The position numbers were made by a program, and so were the translations under genes. This document shows positions 48,532 through 56,882 of a stretch of 64,000 nt of DNA, in pieces. Positions within the stretch are counted from its first letter, which is position 1. Each line of letters starts with the position of its first letter. Source of the DNA: an uncultured Acidobacteriota bacterium (lineage in GTDB: Bacteria; Acidobacteriota; Vicinamibacteria; Vicinamibacterales; UBA2999); contig CAWIWS010000020.1 of NCBI GenBank assembly GCA_963839865.1, positions 569,814-633,813 of the forward strand. The letters run 5' to 3'. The notes under the pieces were generated by a model, which was not told where the DNA came from, did no database searches, and saw nothing but the letters and a program-made list of their open reading frames with translations.

Positions 48532-49431
48532 CTACAGCACCTGCGCTTTGCCCATGACCGCCTCGCACTTCTGGCGGACCTCCCGGGCGATCTCGTACGG
48601 GTCGCCGTCGCGGAATTTCGGGAGGAACAGCTCGACAGACAGGGGACCCGAGTATCCCTTCTCGGCCAGCTTCTGCAACATCGGAACAATCGGGGAGACG
48701 CCGTCGCCTGGAATGAACCGGCTGTTGTTGTCGAGGAGCTCTCGCGGCATGTTCGGCACGTCCTGGAAATGCACGTGCTGGATCTCGCCCGGCCTGATCT
48801 GGTCCATATCCTCGAGCTTATTGAGGCCGGACCAGAAGTGATAGAAGTCGAACATCAGGCCGAAGTTCGGATGTGCCGCCTCGCGCGTGACCTTCAACGC
48901 GGTCAACAGAGTCGACATGTACGGCGACGAACGCACGAACTCGACGCTGCATACCATGTTGAACATCTTGGCCGTGTCTCCCACGACGCGCATGTGGTCG
49001 GCCACGATGGCGTAGTCGTCGGCCGTGAGCTTCTGGGCGCCTCCGCTCGTCGTATAGACCTTCTTGACCCCGAGGAACGCAAACATCTCCAGGCGTTTCT
49101 TCAAGCTGTCAATGGCTCCCGCGTGATTCGGATTGGGCTCGAGGAGCCCGTTCACGCCCACTGCACCGTGCACCACGGTGAGCCCGTTATCCGACAGCAC
49201 CTTGCGCGCGCCCTCGAGGGTGTCGGTCTTGATGAAATCGTCGACCAGCGCGGCGTTGAGTTCGACGTTCCTGATCCCCGCCCTCGCCCATCCTTCGAGC
49301 GCGCCCCGATAGCCGGCCCCCGCAGACGTGTTCGAGTGCAGGCACAGCGTCATCTTGCCGCCGACGGCGAAGCTGGCCCGAGGCGCGATAAGCATCAATG
49401 GGGTCAAGAACACCGATCGTCTGGACAGCAT
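48532..49431 (-). CDS. sugar phosphate isomerase/epimerase (xylose-isomerase-like TIM barrel), secreted
   Basis: IRNVELNA...VEFVRSSPYMSTL...HPNFGLMFDFYHFW...IQHVHFQD...LSVELF. Intact 299 aa. Confidence 0.7.
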   Translation of the reverse strand: MLSRRSVFLTPLMLIAPRASFAVGGKMTLCLHSNTSAGAGYRGALEGWARAGIRNVELNAALVDDFIKTDTLEGARKVLSDNGLTVVHGAVGVNGLLEPNPNHAGAIDSLKKRLEMFAFLGVKKVYTTSGGAQKLTADDYAIVADHMRVVGDTAKMFNMVCSVEFVRSSPYMSTLLTALKVTREAAHPNFGLMFDFYHFWSGLNKLEDMDQIRPGEIQHVHFQDVPNMPRELLDNNSRFIPGDGVSPIVPMLQKLAEKGYSGPLSVELFLPKFRDGDPYEIAREVRQKCEAVMGKAQVL

Positions 49432-49629
49432 GGAAGGAGCCCCTGGTAATTTGGTAGATCAGAACAGTGTCGACAGTCTCTCGCCTAGGTCCGCAAGCGG
49501 ATGGTAGCCTTCTCGTGGGCCGCGCCGGACCAAATTCGACCGCCAGGGAGTCCAGGCTTCCTGGCGCCCAGGTGTCCCATGCATCGTTCGTCGATTGAAT
49601 CCACCGCATCCGACGGCAGATCTTTGGCC

Positions 49630-49668
49630 CGCTACTTCCGGCCGCAACGCCGTCGGCTGCAGCCGCCT
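49630..49668 (-). other. degenerate terminal attC-like site
   Basis: CGCAACGCCGTCGGCTGCAGCCGCCTGTTAGAGG retains the conserved GTCGGCTGCAGC..GC.TGTTAG half of the other attC sites, but the partner half is short and degenerate. Confidence 0.4.
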
Positions 49669-49669
49669 G

Positions 49670-50080
49670 TTAGAGGGCTCGTGCCTTTCCGGATTCCGTG
49701 TTCGATCCTTCGAGACGTGCCGACCTGGCCCCGCTCATGCGCCTCACGATGACGTCCAGGGTGATCGCGAGCGCGATGCCCGCCGTGTTTGCCACAAGGT
49801 CAAGGCGATCGTACACGTTCTTCATCAGGCCAAAACCGTCCAACACCTCGAACAGTTGCACGACCATGAACGCGAGCGCCGCCGCGGATGCGCGTGGGAG
49901 GTGCGACCGGGCCGTCACACGCCTCGCCAAGAAGTACACCGCGAACGACGCAGCAACGTTGCCGCCATAGCTCTGAACGAGCTCATCGGCAGGGCCTGCG
50001 TAGTGGCCTTTGAGCACAAGACCGCCGACGCCGAGCAATACAAAGAGGACGTCTTGAGCGCGTCTCGACATCTGCAACAC
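49670..50080 (-). CDS. cassette 8: small integral membrane protein, function unknown
   Basis: 136-aa ORF with 3-4 hydrophobic segments (VLFVLLGVGGLVL, AASFAVYFLA, LAFMVVQLF, TAGIALAITLDVIV). The GTG start lies in the attC core, with an ATG at 50071. Confidence 0.5.
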   Translation of the reverse strand: MLQMSRRAQDVLFVLLGVGGLVLKGHYAGPADELVQSYGGNVAASFAVYFLARRVTARSHLPRASAAALAFMVVQLFEVLDGFGLMKNVYDRLDLVANTAGIALAITLDVIVRRMSGARSARLEGSNTESGKARAL

Positions 50081-50198
50081 CTAACGCCGTCTCTCGCAGC
50101 CCGTCGGCGCAGGAACTGTCCGTTTAACGCTTGCGCTCACCCGCGGCCCCGGGGGGGCTCTTGACAAGGCGGCCGCCGGGTGCAGCGCGTGGTTAGGC
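50079..50198 (-). other. attC site (120 bp)
   Basis: ACCTAAC at 50079-50085 and GTTAGGC at 50192-50198, with an internal imperfect palindrome. Confidence 0.7.
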
Positions 50199-50214
50199 AC
50201 CGTTTTGGGCTCCT

Positions 50215-51009
50215 TCACCGTGCTGTCAGCGGCTCCAAGCCGGTTTTTCGAATGATAGAGGCGGAGGCTGACGACGCGAAGAAATCGATGAGATCCTTTG
50301 CGGCCTCCGGCCGCTTGGCGCCCACGACGACGCCCGCGGAGAAGACAGTCACTCGTTGCGCCGCTGGCGGAAGAGGCCCTACGTACTCGATGCCTGAAAC
50401 GGGGAGCAGTTCGCTGATCTGCTGAAACCCGATCTCAGCCTCGCCCCGCGCCACCACTGCTCCAACGGGCTCGGCCAGGATCTCCTTGCTCTTACCGAGG
50501 ATTTGATCGGCAATACCGAGGCGTTGGAACAATTCCTTGGAAAGGTAGACGCCGCTAGCGCTGGAGGAGTAGGCGATGGACTTGGCGCCCAGCAGCGTTC
50601 TCTTGAGTGCCTCGATGGAGCTGATATCAGGCTTGGGCGTTCCGGCTCGAACCGCCATGCCGATGCTTGAACGCACGAGCTGCACGCGGCTATTCGGCAT
50701 GACCTTACCGCGCTTGACCAACTGAAGTAGCGCCTCGTCTGCCAGGATGACCACGTCGGCCGGCTCACCCCGGTCCAGTCGACTAGGAATGGTGGTTGGG
50801 CCTTCCCCCATCGAAGCTCCGGTGATCGTCACGACCGTGCTGTGCGTGGTGCGCTCGAACTCCGGCACCAGTTGGAGAAACGCAGCACTGAACGCGCCGG
50901 ACGTCATAACCCTCAGTTCTTGTGCGCTGGCATGCGCAGACGCACACCACATCAGCCCGATGGTGATGAATGTCCTTGCGATTCGACCAGCAATGGACTT
51001 TGGTTTCAC
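50215..51009 (-). CDS. cassette 7: periplasmic substrate-binding protein (ModA/PBP-like)
   Basis: Signal peptide. LRVMTSGAFSAAFLQLVPEFE...ADVVILADEALLQLVKRGKV...IAYSSSASGVY...IGFQQISELLPVSGIEYVGPLP is typical of molybdate/tungstate-type SBPs. Confidence 0.65.
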   Translation of the reverse strand: MKPKSIAGRIARTFITIGLMWCASAHASAQELRVMTSGAFSAAFLQLVPEFERTTHSTVVTITGASMGEGPTTIPSRLDRGEPADVVILADEALLQLVKRGKVMPNSRVQLVRSSIGMAVRAGTPKPDISSIEALKRTLLGAKSIAYSSSASGVYLSKELFQRLGIADQILGKSKEILAEPVGAVVARGEAEIGFQQISELLPVSGIEYVGPLPPAAQRVTVFSAGVVVGAKRPEAAKDLIDFFASSASASIIRKTGLEPLTAR

Positions 51010-51049
51010 TGCAGTCCCCGATCAGATGCCGTTGTTCACGAATCCGTGC

Positions 51050-51143
51050 GCCTAACGCATGGCGGTTGAGCGGCCGGCGGTAACCGTCACCCGCATGAAG
51101 CAGCTAGCTTATCTCGCCGGTCCGCTCCAACCGCTGGTTAGGC
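51050..51143 (-). other. attC site (94 bp)
   Basis: GCCTAAC at 51050-51056 and GTTAGGC at 51137-51143. Confidence 0.75.
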
Positions 51144-51182
51144 TGCTTCGCGGACCGCGCGCCGCGAATCGCGTCCAAGTTG

Positions 51183-51663
51183 TCACTTTGTCGCAGGAAG
51201 GCTGTTCCAGATATCCCGATGCAGCTTCCAGGAGCCATCGACCTGCCGCTTCCAGACCACCACGTACTTGGCCATCGCCGTCGTCGGCTCCTTTCCCGCC
51301 GACTGAATCGTTAGGGAGACGTTCCCTACTTCGTCGGCGACGTCACCACTCCTGCCCACATCAATGGTTGTCAGCGCCGCACTCTGAACCCCGCCATCCC
51401 TTTGAGCCTTCCAAAACTCTCCGATGGCTCCGTTTCCGCGGATCATCTCGCTGTCTGGCGGAAATGCGATCGCGTCGGACGTATACATCGCGGAGAGGGC
51501 TTTGGCGTCGCCCCGTGCAAAGGCCTCGCTGAACTTGGCGTTCGCCGCCTCGATAGCGGCTCGCGCGTCACGTATGCCTTCGTCGTTCGCTTTCGATCCT
51601 GCACAAGCAGTCGACGAAATCGCCGATCAGGCCGAAAAGGACAACCGCTCGTGTGGACAACAT
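51183..51663 (-). CDS. cassette 6: secreted SnoaL/DUF4440-like protein, one apparent frameshift near 51600
   Basis: MLSTRAVVLFGLIGDFVDCLC leader, then (other frame) AIEAANAKFSEAFARGDAKALSAMYTSDAIAFPP...KYVVVWKRQVDGSWKLHRDIWNS. Confidence 0.6.
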
Positions 51664-51739
51664 GCGCACCTCCGTTGAACCGCATTGAGCCAACATCGTG
51701 ATACCTCAAAGTATCTCGACGCTTCACACCCTGGAAGCA

Positions 51740-51835
51740 GCCTAACGACCGGCCGCTCAGCCGCGAGCGGCGGGCACGGTCACGCGAAGGAGTCTAAACC
51801 AACTGCCGCTCGTCGGTTGCAGCGGCTTGTTAGGC
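51740..51835 (-). other. attC site (96 bp)
   Basis: GCCTAACGACCGGCCGCTCAGCCGCGAGCGGC...GCCGCTCGTCGGTTGCAGCGGCTTGTTAGGC. Confidence 0.85.
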
Positions 51836-51857
51836 TGCGCGGAGAGCTAAGGGGCCG

Positions 51858-52373
51858 TCACGCCTCGCGCGCGCCAGCCCGCACTATACGAGCGGTGACC
51901 GAAAGCTGCCCGACGTGGCGCATCGCGTGCTCAGCGCCATGCACCAGGCAACCGATGACGGTCGAAGGGAGCTGGGCCCGTCCCACGCCACGAAAGTCGC
52001 CAAGTGTTGCAACATCGATCGTGCGAAGCTCCGCAATGGCAGTGTCCACTCGTGTCGATAAGGCGCCCAGAACTGACGCCACATCCGCAACGAGAAGCTC
52101 CTGGCCTTCCGACCGAATCGCCGCGAGTTGTTCTGCAGACAATGCGTTCCCTCGGGCGTAGGCAAAGAGGCGATCGATGACTCCGGCAATATGTCGCACA
52201 TGGAACGCGGCGGAGGCCACCCCGGCAGGCCGGGCGTTCCATTCTTGCTCCGTCAAAGGCTCGACGATCTCACCGACACTCTCGCGCACTTGAAGAAGAA
52301 TGTGCGCGATTGGTTGAAGGACGGCGGGCACGCCGTCGATGGGACCGCGCTGCCACCACTCGGTGTTCGCCAT
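51858..52373 (-). CDS. cassette 5, second ORF: DinB-family protein
   Basis: Met at 52373. WNARPAGVASAAFHVRHIAGVIDRL...LVHGAEHAMRHVGQLSVTARI is the DinB four-helix His-triad pattern. Confidence 0.65.
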   Translation of the reverse strand: MANTEWWQRGPIDGVPAVLQPIAHILLQVRESVGEIVEPLTEQEWNARPAGVASAAFHVRHIAGVIDRLFAYARGNALSAEQLAAIRSEGQELLVADVASVLGALSTRVDTAIAELRTIDVATLGDFRGVGRAQLPSTVIGCLVHGAEHAMRHVGQLSVTARIVRAGAREA

Positions 52374-52425
52374 CTGTCTTCGACTCCCTCGTGGAAAGCG
52401 ACCCGCCACGCCACAGGGCGCGACA

Positions 52426-52755
52426 TCAATCGACGATGAACAGGCGGGCGCCAACACTTGTGTGAGAGCGATGAGGTTCAGCGTTGTCTGACACTTGATA
52501 GCTCATGCCTGGACGCAGCGTGAACGAGCGACCGTCTTTGAGCTCGGTGTGAAGCTCGCCGTGGATGCAAAGAAGAATGTGGCCCTTATCGCACCAGTGA
52601 TCTGACTTGTAGCCGGGCGAATACTCAACCGTACGAACACGAATGTCACCGAACATCTTGGTTCGCCAGACAGCGAGACCAACCTCGCCTTTGTGTTCGG
52701 TACTCTCAACCTTGGACCAGTCGGTTGTAGCGAACGGAATGGACGACATGTGCAT
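52426..52755 (-). CDS. cassette 5, first ORF: small cupin-fold protein
   Basis: 109 aa. IRVRTVEYSPGYKSDHWCDKGHILLCIHGELHTELKDGRSFTLRPGMSY is a cupin beta-barrel pattern. Confidence 0.6.
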   Translation of the reverse strand: MHMSSIPFATTDWSKVESTEHKGEVGLAVWRTKMFGDIRVRTVEYSPGYKSDHWCDKGHILLCIHGELHTELKDGRSFTLRPGMSYQVSDNAEPHRSHTSVGARLFIVD

Positions 52756-52776
52756 GAGGCGATTCTCTCCTGAGCG

Positions 52777-52873
52777 GCCTAACGCCCTGGCGCTCAGCCG
52801 CGAGCGGCAGCTACCTTCTTCGCAAAGGGGTCTAAACCATCTGCCGCTCGTCGGCTGCCGCGGCTGGTTAGGC
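52777..52873 (-). other. attC site (97 bp)
   Basis: GCCTAACGCCCTGGCGCTCAGCCGCGAGCGGC...GCCGCTCGTCGGCTGCCGCGGCTGGTTAGGC. Confidence 0.85.
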
Positions 52874-52878
52874 CGCTT

Positions 52879-53169
52879 CTACGCCGCGCCGAGCGACTCA
52901 CGCGAACCGTGATGAACGGTCAATACGTGAATCTCGCTTGAACTGACGATTCGGTAGACGATTCGATCGGGACGAAGAACGACCTCGCGCACTTCCGGAT
53001 CGCTGAACTCTGGCACGGCACGACCAGAATGCGGGAAATCCTGCAAACGCTCAACGGCACCAAGAAGCCGCCGTACGGTGACTGTCGCGTAGTGAGTCGA
53101 ATCCGCTTCAATGAACGCGTGGATCGCGGCCAAGTCGTCCTGTGCGCGCTCGGTCCAGAGGATAGTCAC
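52879..53169 (-). CDS. cassette 4: ParE/RelE-family type II toxin
   Basis: ILWTERAQDDLAAIHAFIEADS...LQDFPHSGRAVPEF...VREVVLRPDRIVYRI...IHVLTVHHGSR. 4-nt overlap with the upstream antitoxin ORF. Confidence 0.75.
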   Translation of the reverse strand: MTILWTERAQDDLAAIHAFIEADSTHYATVTVRRLLGAVERLQDFPHSGRAVPEFSDPEVREVVLRPDRIVYRIVSSSEIHVLTVHHGSRESLGAA

Positions 53170-53354
53170 GCCAGAAAGCGCTTCTTGACCTCGTCGTGAC
53201 TAACCACTTGCCCGGCGCGCGACTGCTGGAGCCCCTCTTCGATCTTGGCGATGAAGCACAGCCGCTCGATTGCGTCCTCGATAGTCGCACCATCGGGCAA
53301 CGAACGGATGGCCTCAAGGGCGCGCTGCTTGTCCGTTTCGGTTGGCATGATCAA
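53166..53354 (-). CDS. cassette 4: putative antitoxin
   Basis: 62-aa acidic ORF directly upstream of the ParE-like toxin and overlapping it by 4 nt. Confidence 0.6.
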   Translation of the reverse strand: MIMPTETDKQRALEAIRSLPDGATIEDAIERLCFIAKIEEGLQQSRAGQVVSHDEVKKRFLA

Positions 53355-53390
53355 ATCCTAGCATCGTCACAGGGAGATTGCTCGTCGTCG

Positions 53391-53462
53391 GCCTAACGCC
53401 TGGCATCAGCCGCAGCGCGGCTGGAGCCCGCGCCGCGCTGTCGGCTGCATGCCCTGTTAGGC
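53391..53462 (-). other. attC site (72 bp)
   Basis: GCCTAAC at 53391-53397 and GTTAGGC at 53456-53462. The TAA stop of ORF 53457-53930 lies inside the inverse core. Confidence 0.8.
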
Positions 53463-53930
53463 GGCACGCCTCTCATCACTACCAGTGCCCATGACCTGCG
53501 CCGCCATCCATAGAAACAACCCTGCACACGCCGCATACGGAATCCGGCGATACCAGAAATTGGTCTCGATCAGGCGCGCGAGTAGCTCAAGTGATCGCCC
53601 GTGCGCACTCAGTTCGAGCTGGATTGGCACTTGGATCGTGACGGTGGAGATCCACACTACGGCCTGCATCGCGATCGCGGCCCAAACCGCCCACGCTTGA
53701 ATCACGGCGGGCCGAGACCACAACATCAGGACAGTAAAGACGGTGCCAAGCACGAGTGGTGCGACCAAAAACGCCAGCACGCGCGGGGAGATGAACTGAT
53801 GGTATCCGATGAACTCCGCCTCGCCGATGAGATGCCAACTCGCGTAGTTGACAAAGCCCTCCATGCACGCCGCGCCAGTGCCGTAACAGACGAGTGTAAA
53901 TGCCGTCAAGAAGATCAGGCGCGATCGCAT
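53457..53930 (-). CDS. cassette 3: four-TM membrane protein (DUF1772-like)
   Basis: 157 aa, four hydrophobic helices. The pattern NYASWHLIGEAEFIGYHQFISPRVLAFLVAPL resembles DUF1772 (anthrone-oxygenase-like) proteins. Tentative. Confidence 0.5.
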   Translation of the reverse strand: MRSRLIFLTAFTLVCYGTGAACMEGFVNYASWHLIGEAEFIGYHQFISPRVLAFLVAPLVLGTVFTVLMLWSRPAVIQAWAVWAAIAMQAVVWISTVTIQVPIQLELSAHGRSLELLARLIETNFWYRRIPYAACAGLFLWMAAQVMGTGSDERRAA

Positions 53931-53975
53931 ATCACTCCGCTTTCCGATTGAATGTGCCGCGAGGTCAGCCGAGCC

Positions 53976-54070
53976 GCCTAACGACTTGCCGCTCAGCCGC
54001 GAGCGGCGGCCCGGTCATGCGAAGGAGTCTAATTCATCAGCCGCTCGTCGGCTGCAGCGGCTTGTTAGGC
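53976..54070 (-). other. attC site (95 bp)
   Basis: GCCTAACGACTTGCCGCTCAGCCGCGAGCGGC...GCCGCTCGTCGGCTGCAGCGGCTTGTTAGGC. Confidence 0.85.
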
Positions 54071-54077
54071 GGCGTGT

Positions 54078-54392
54078 TTACAGACGCGGGCCAGTCCCCC
54101 GACTCGCGTGCCAGACAGCAACGACTTGGATCGAGCGGGTAGGAGCCTCGACCACGCGGTAATACACGTGATAGCTCACGCGACTGAGGAGGATTCGGCG
54201 CACGCCGACCAGTCTGGCGTTTCGGGCCCTGGCACCAACGTCCGGCTGAGAGGCGATCAGTTGGAGCGCCTGATCGATCTCGTCGGTCAGCGCGGCAGGA
54301 GCCTTCTCACGGTTCGCGCGCCACCAGTGGGCGGCCTCTTCAACCTGCTTGGACGCTCGCCGCGTGAAGCTGATTGGAAGCTGCTGACTCAC
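54078..54392 (-). CDS. cassette 2: ParE/RelE-family type II toxin
   Basis: ISFTRRASKQVEEAAHWWRANR...IASQPDVGARARNARLVGVRRILLSRVSYHVYYRV...IQVVAVWHASRG. 4-nt overlap with the upstream ORF. Confidence 0.7.
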   Translation of the reverse strand: MSQQLPISFTRRASKQVEEAAHWWRANREKAPAALTDEIDQALQLIASQPDVGARARNARLVGVRRILLSRVSYHVYYRVVEAPTRSIQVVAVWHASRGTGPRL

Positions 54393-54610
54393 ACCCGAGT
54401 CCGGAGCGCGCGCAAGACCTCTTCGGCGGGGATGGTCTCTCCACGATCGCCCTCCGCCATTGACTCGAGAAGCTCCGCCTCGGCCGTGGCGTCGAGTTCG
54501 AAGGTTTCGTCGCCTTCCCGCGAGAGGACCGTCACGACCGCGCCATCTGGCAACGGCTCGCCATCGAGGATGATCTTTCCGGACACGACTCTCCCGGAGG
54601 TAATGACCAT
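54389..54610 (-). CDS. cassette 2: putative antitoxin
   Basis: 73-aa acidic ORF (…ELDATAEAELLESMAEGDRGETIPAEEVLRAL) overlapping the toxin start. Confidence 0.6.
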   Translation of the reverse strand: MVITSGRVVSGKIILDGEPLPDGAVVTVLSREGDETFELDATAEAELLESMAEGDRGETIPAEEVLRALRTRV

Positions 54611-54649
54611 TTCGGTGATTCTAACCCGGATGTCATCCGCGTGTCGTCC

Positions 54650-54747
54650 GCCTAACGCTTGCGGCTCACTTGCGGCGGCCGCACGACGACGTTTCGAACG
54701 GCCCCGATGTTACCGCGGCGGCCGACAAGTGCAGCCGCTGGTTGGGC
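54650..54747 (-). other. attC site (98 bp)
   Basis: GCCTAAC at 54650-54656 and GTTGGGC at 54741-54747. Confidence 0.7.
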
Positions 54748-54773
54748 CGCCTCGAATATCAGACGCTACTCGT

Positions 54774-55332
54774 CTATCGCCTTTGGTGCCCGGTCAGCAA
54801 CGCGACTATCTGGCTGAGCCCGGCCCGCCTCGCCATCTCAACCGGCGTCTCGCAGTCGTCGATTCTGGTCGGACGTTCGGGATCGGAACCCGCCTCAAGC
54901 AAGATCTCCACAGCCTGCAGATTCTCTTCGCTGACCGCCATGTGCAGTGGCGTGTAGTCGTTGATGCCGCGTTGATGTGGATCCGCTCCGAACTCCAGCA
55001 GCAATCGAAGGAGGTCTCTGAGGTCGGGTCTGGTCGAAGCCGTTGGATGGGTTCGACTGCCCGACAACGCCGCGATAAGCGGTGGAAACCCGTCATGATC
55101 AGCTGGGTTCGGATCTGCGCCGATTTCAAGCAGGGTGCGGATGAAGGGAAGGGGACTGTGATAGATCGCGTTTATCGAGACAGCGACCTATCGCCAGTGG
55201 CATGGGCCCATTTGGCACGATTCCGGGGTCATCGACAGCCGCTCGCAATGCGGCAAGATCACCGTCGCGGAAAGCGGCGTCGATCCTCCGGAATTGTTCG
55301 GCCTCCGCGCAGCGTTCTGCTTCAGATTTCAT
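54774..55332 (-). CDS. cassette 1: ankyrin-repeat protein, one apparent frameshift near 55185
   Basis: After the frame switch: IRTLLEIGADPNPADHDGFPPLIAAL...LLRLLLEFGADPHQRGINDYTPLHMAVSEENLQAVEILLEAGSDP (ANK repeats). Confidence 0.65.
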
Positions 55333-55647
55333 GTCCCTTGTCGGCCCAACTAGTAATTAACCTGCGACATCCTACCCCCGATTCTTCCGGTTATCGACGA
55401 ACCATCCAGGCATATCTGCGGCCCCACCCGCGCGCCCACGGTGTTATGCAGGTCTGCGTAATACGGGACACGTCCCGCTGGTAACCATGGCGCCACGCCC
55501 GGGCGATGCCCTTCTCGCACGCAGGCCAGTCGCCAGAATTGCGGCGCCGGCGAGCCCACGGGATGGAAGAAACTGCGAGACCCGGCCAGCTTGGCCTGCC
55601 CTTTCCTCGCAAATGCCGTCGGCACAGGATTCGCTTCATCGTCCGGA
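55333..55647. promoter_or_regulatory. intI-cassette intergenic region: expected attI site and divergent Pc/PintI promoters
   Basis: Position between intI and the first cassette. Candidate crossover core on the cassette strand is GGTTAATTA, about 55352-55362. A 6-bp inverted repeat CGGGAC-AC-GTCCCG lies at 55464-55477. No promoter was verified. Confidence 0.4.
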
Positions 55648-56628
55648 ATGCCACCCAGCACACCCGCCGCCAAACCGCGACTCCTCGATCAACTTCGCCA
55701 TGCCTGCCGACTCCGCCACTTCAGTCCGCGCACCGAAGAGGCCTACTGCCTCTGGTCTCGCCGATTCATCCTCTTCCACGGCAAGCGACACCCCGCCATC
55801 TCGGCGCGGAAGACGTCACCCGCTTCCTGTCGTCGCTCGCAACCGACCACCACGTGAGCGCCTCCACTCAGAACCAGGCGCTCTGCGCACTGCTGTTCCT
55901 CTACCGCAGCGTCCTCGCGCGCCCGCTGGACAACCTGCCGGAGATCACCAGGGTCCGCACACCACCGCACCTGCCCGTCGTCCTCACCCGCGCCGAAGTG
56001 CGAGCCGTCCTGAGACACCTCTCCGGTGTCCCGGGAATCGTCGCGTCGCTTCTCTATGGGTCGGGCCTCCGCTTGCTCGAATGCCTGGCGTTGCGTGTGA
56101 AGGACCTCGACCTCGAACGCGGCGAGATCACCGTTCGCCAAGGCAAGGGCCGCAAGGATCGCATCACCATGCTGCCGTCCAGCGTGGTCCCGGCCCTCAG
56201 AACCCACCTCGATGCCGTCCACCGCCTCCATGAGCAGGACCTCGCTGTCGGCCTCGGCCGCGTCGTCATGCCAGATGCGCTCGACCTGAAGTACAAGGGC
56301 GCCGCGACGTCGTGGCCCTGGCAATTCGCCTTCCCCGCGGGCCGCATCTGCCGGGACCCGCGGTGGGGCTCACCGACGCGGTTCCACCTGCATGAGACCG
56401 TCATCCAACGAGAGATGACAGCCGCCGTCCGCAAGAGCGGCGTCACCAAGCGCGCCACCTGTCATAGCCTCCGCCACTCGTTCGCCACGCACCTGTTGGA
56501 AGACGGCTACGACATCCGCACCGTGCAGGAACTCCTCGGCCACGCGCGACGTGAGCACGACGATGATCTACACGCACGTGCTGAATCGCGGCGCCCTGGG
56601 CGTGAAGAGCCCGGCGGACCGGCTCTAG
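55648..56628 (+). CDS. intI: integron integrase IntI (tyrosine recombinase), 2 apparent frameshifts (about 55795 and about 56545)
   Basis: [61 protein letters not shown] (Arg). IntI-specific insertion [52 protein letters not shown]. In a third frame [14 protein letters not shown], with stop at 56626-56628. Confidence 0.85.
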
Positions 56629-56846
56629 GCGCGGCCTGACCGCGCCGCGAGCACGGCCACCGGGACGCCGCGGACGCGTCGAGCCGTCCTCGACCACGAT
56701 CGTCAAAAACGAGCCGGAGGCCATCACTGAAGCGTGGGGATGGGGGCCCCCACGCGCTTCGATCAGAGACGTTGAGCCGCAGGCTCGTTTTTCGAGGCGG
56801 CGAGTCGCGGCGCGGCGGCCTGGTGGTCGCGCTCGCGGCGAGTGAC

Positions 56847-56882
56847 GGTCCGGCTAAAGCCGGACACCACAGTCAGGTCCGG

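Larger units (their letters stand above)
49630..56628. mobile_element. chromosomal integron: intI (+ strand) and an array of eight cassettes (- strand) delimited by attC sites
   Basis: An IntI-type recombinase lies adjacent and divergent to small ORFs separated by 94-120 bp imperfect palindromes running GCCTAAC ... GTTAGGC. GC content is visibly lower than the flanks. Confidence 0.85.

Noticed and set aside
39200-49670. Extension of the integron cassette array leftward to about 39 kb
   Set aside because: Intergenic gaps are mostly under 40 bp and contain no GCCTAAC/GTTAGGC-bounded palindromes. It is kept only as a speculative finding.
55400-55647. LexA/SOS box (CTGT-N8-ACAG) in the intI promoter region
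   Set aside because: No acceptable match was seen. There is only a short CGGGAC-AC-GTCCCG inverted repeat of unknown meaning.
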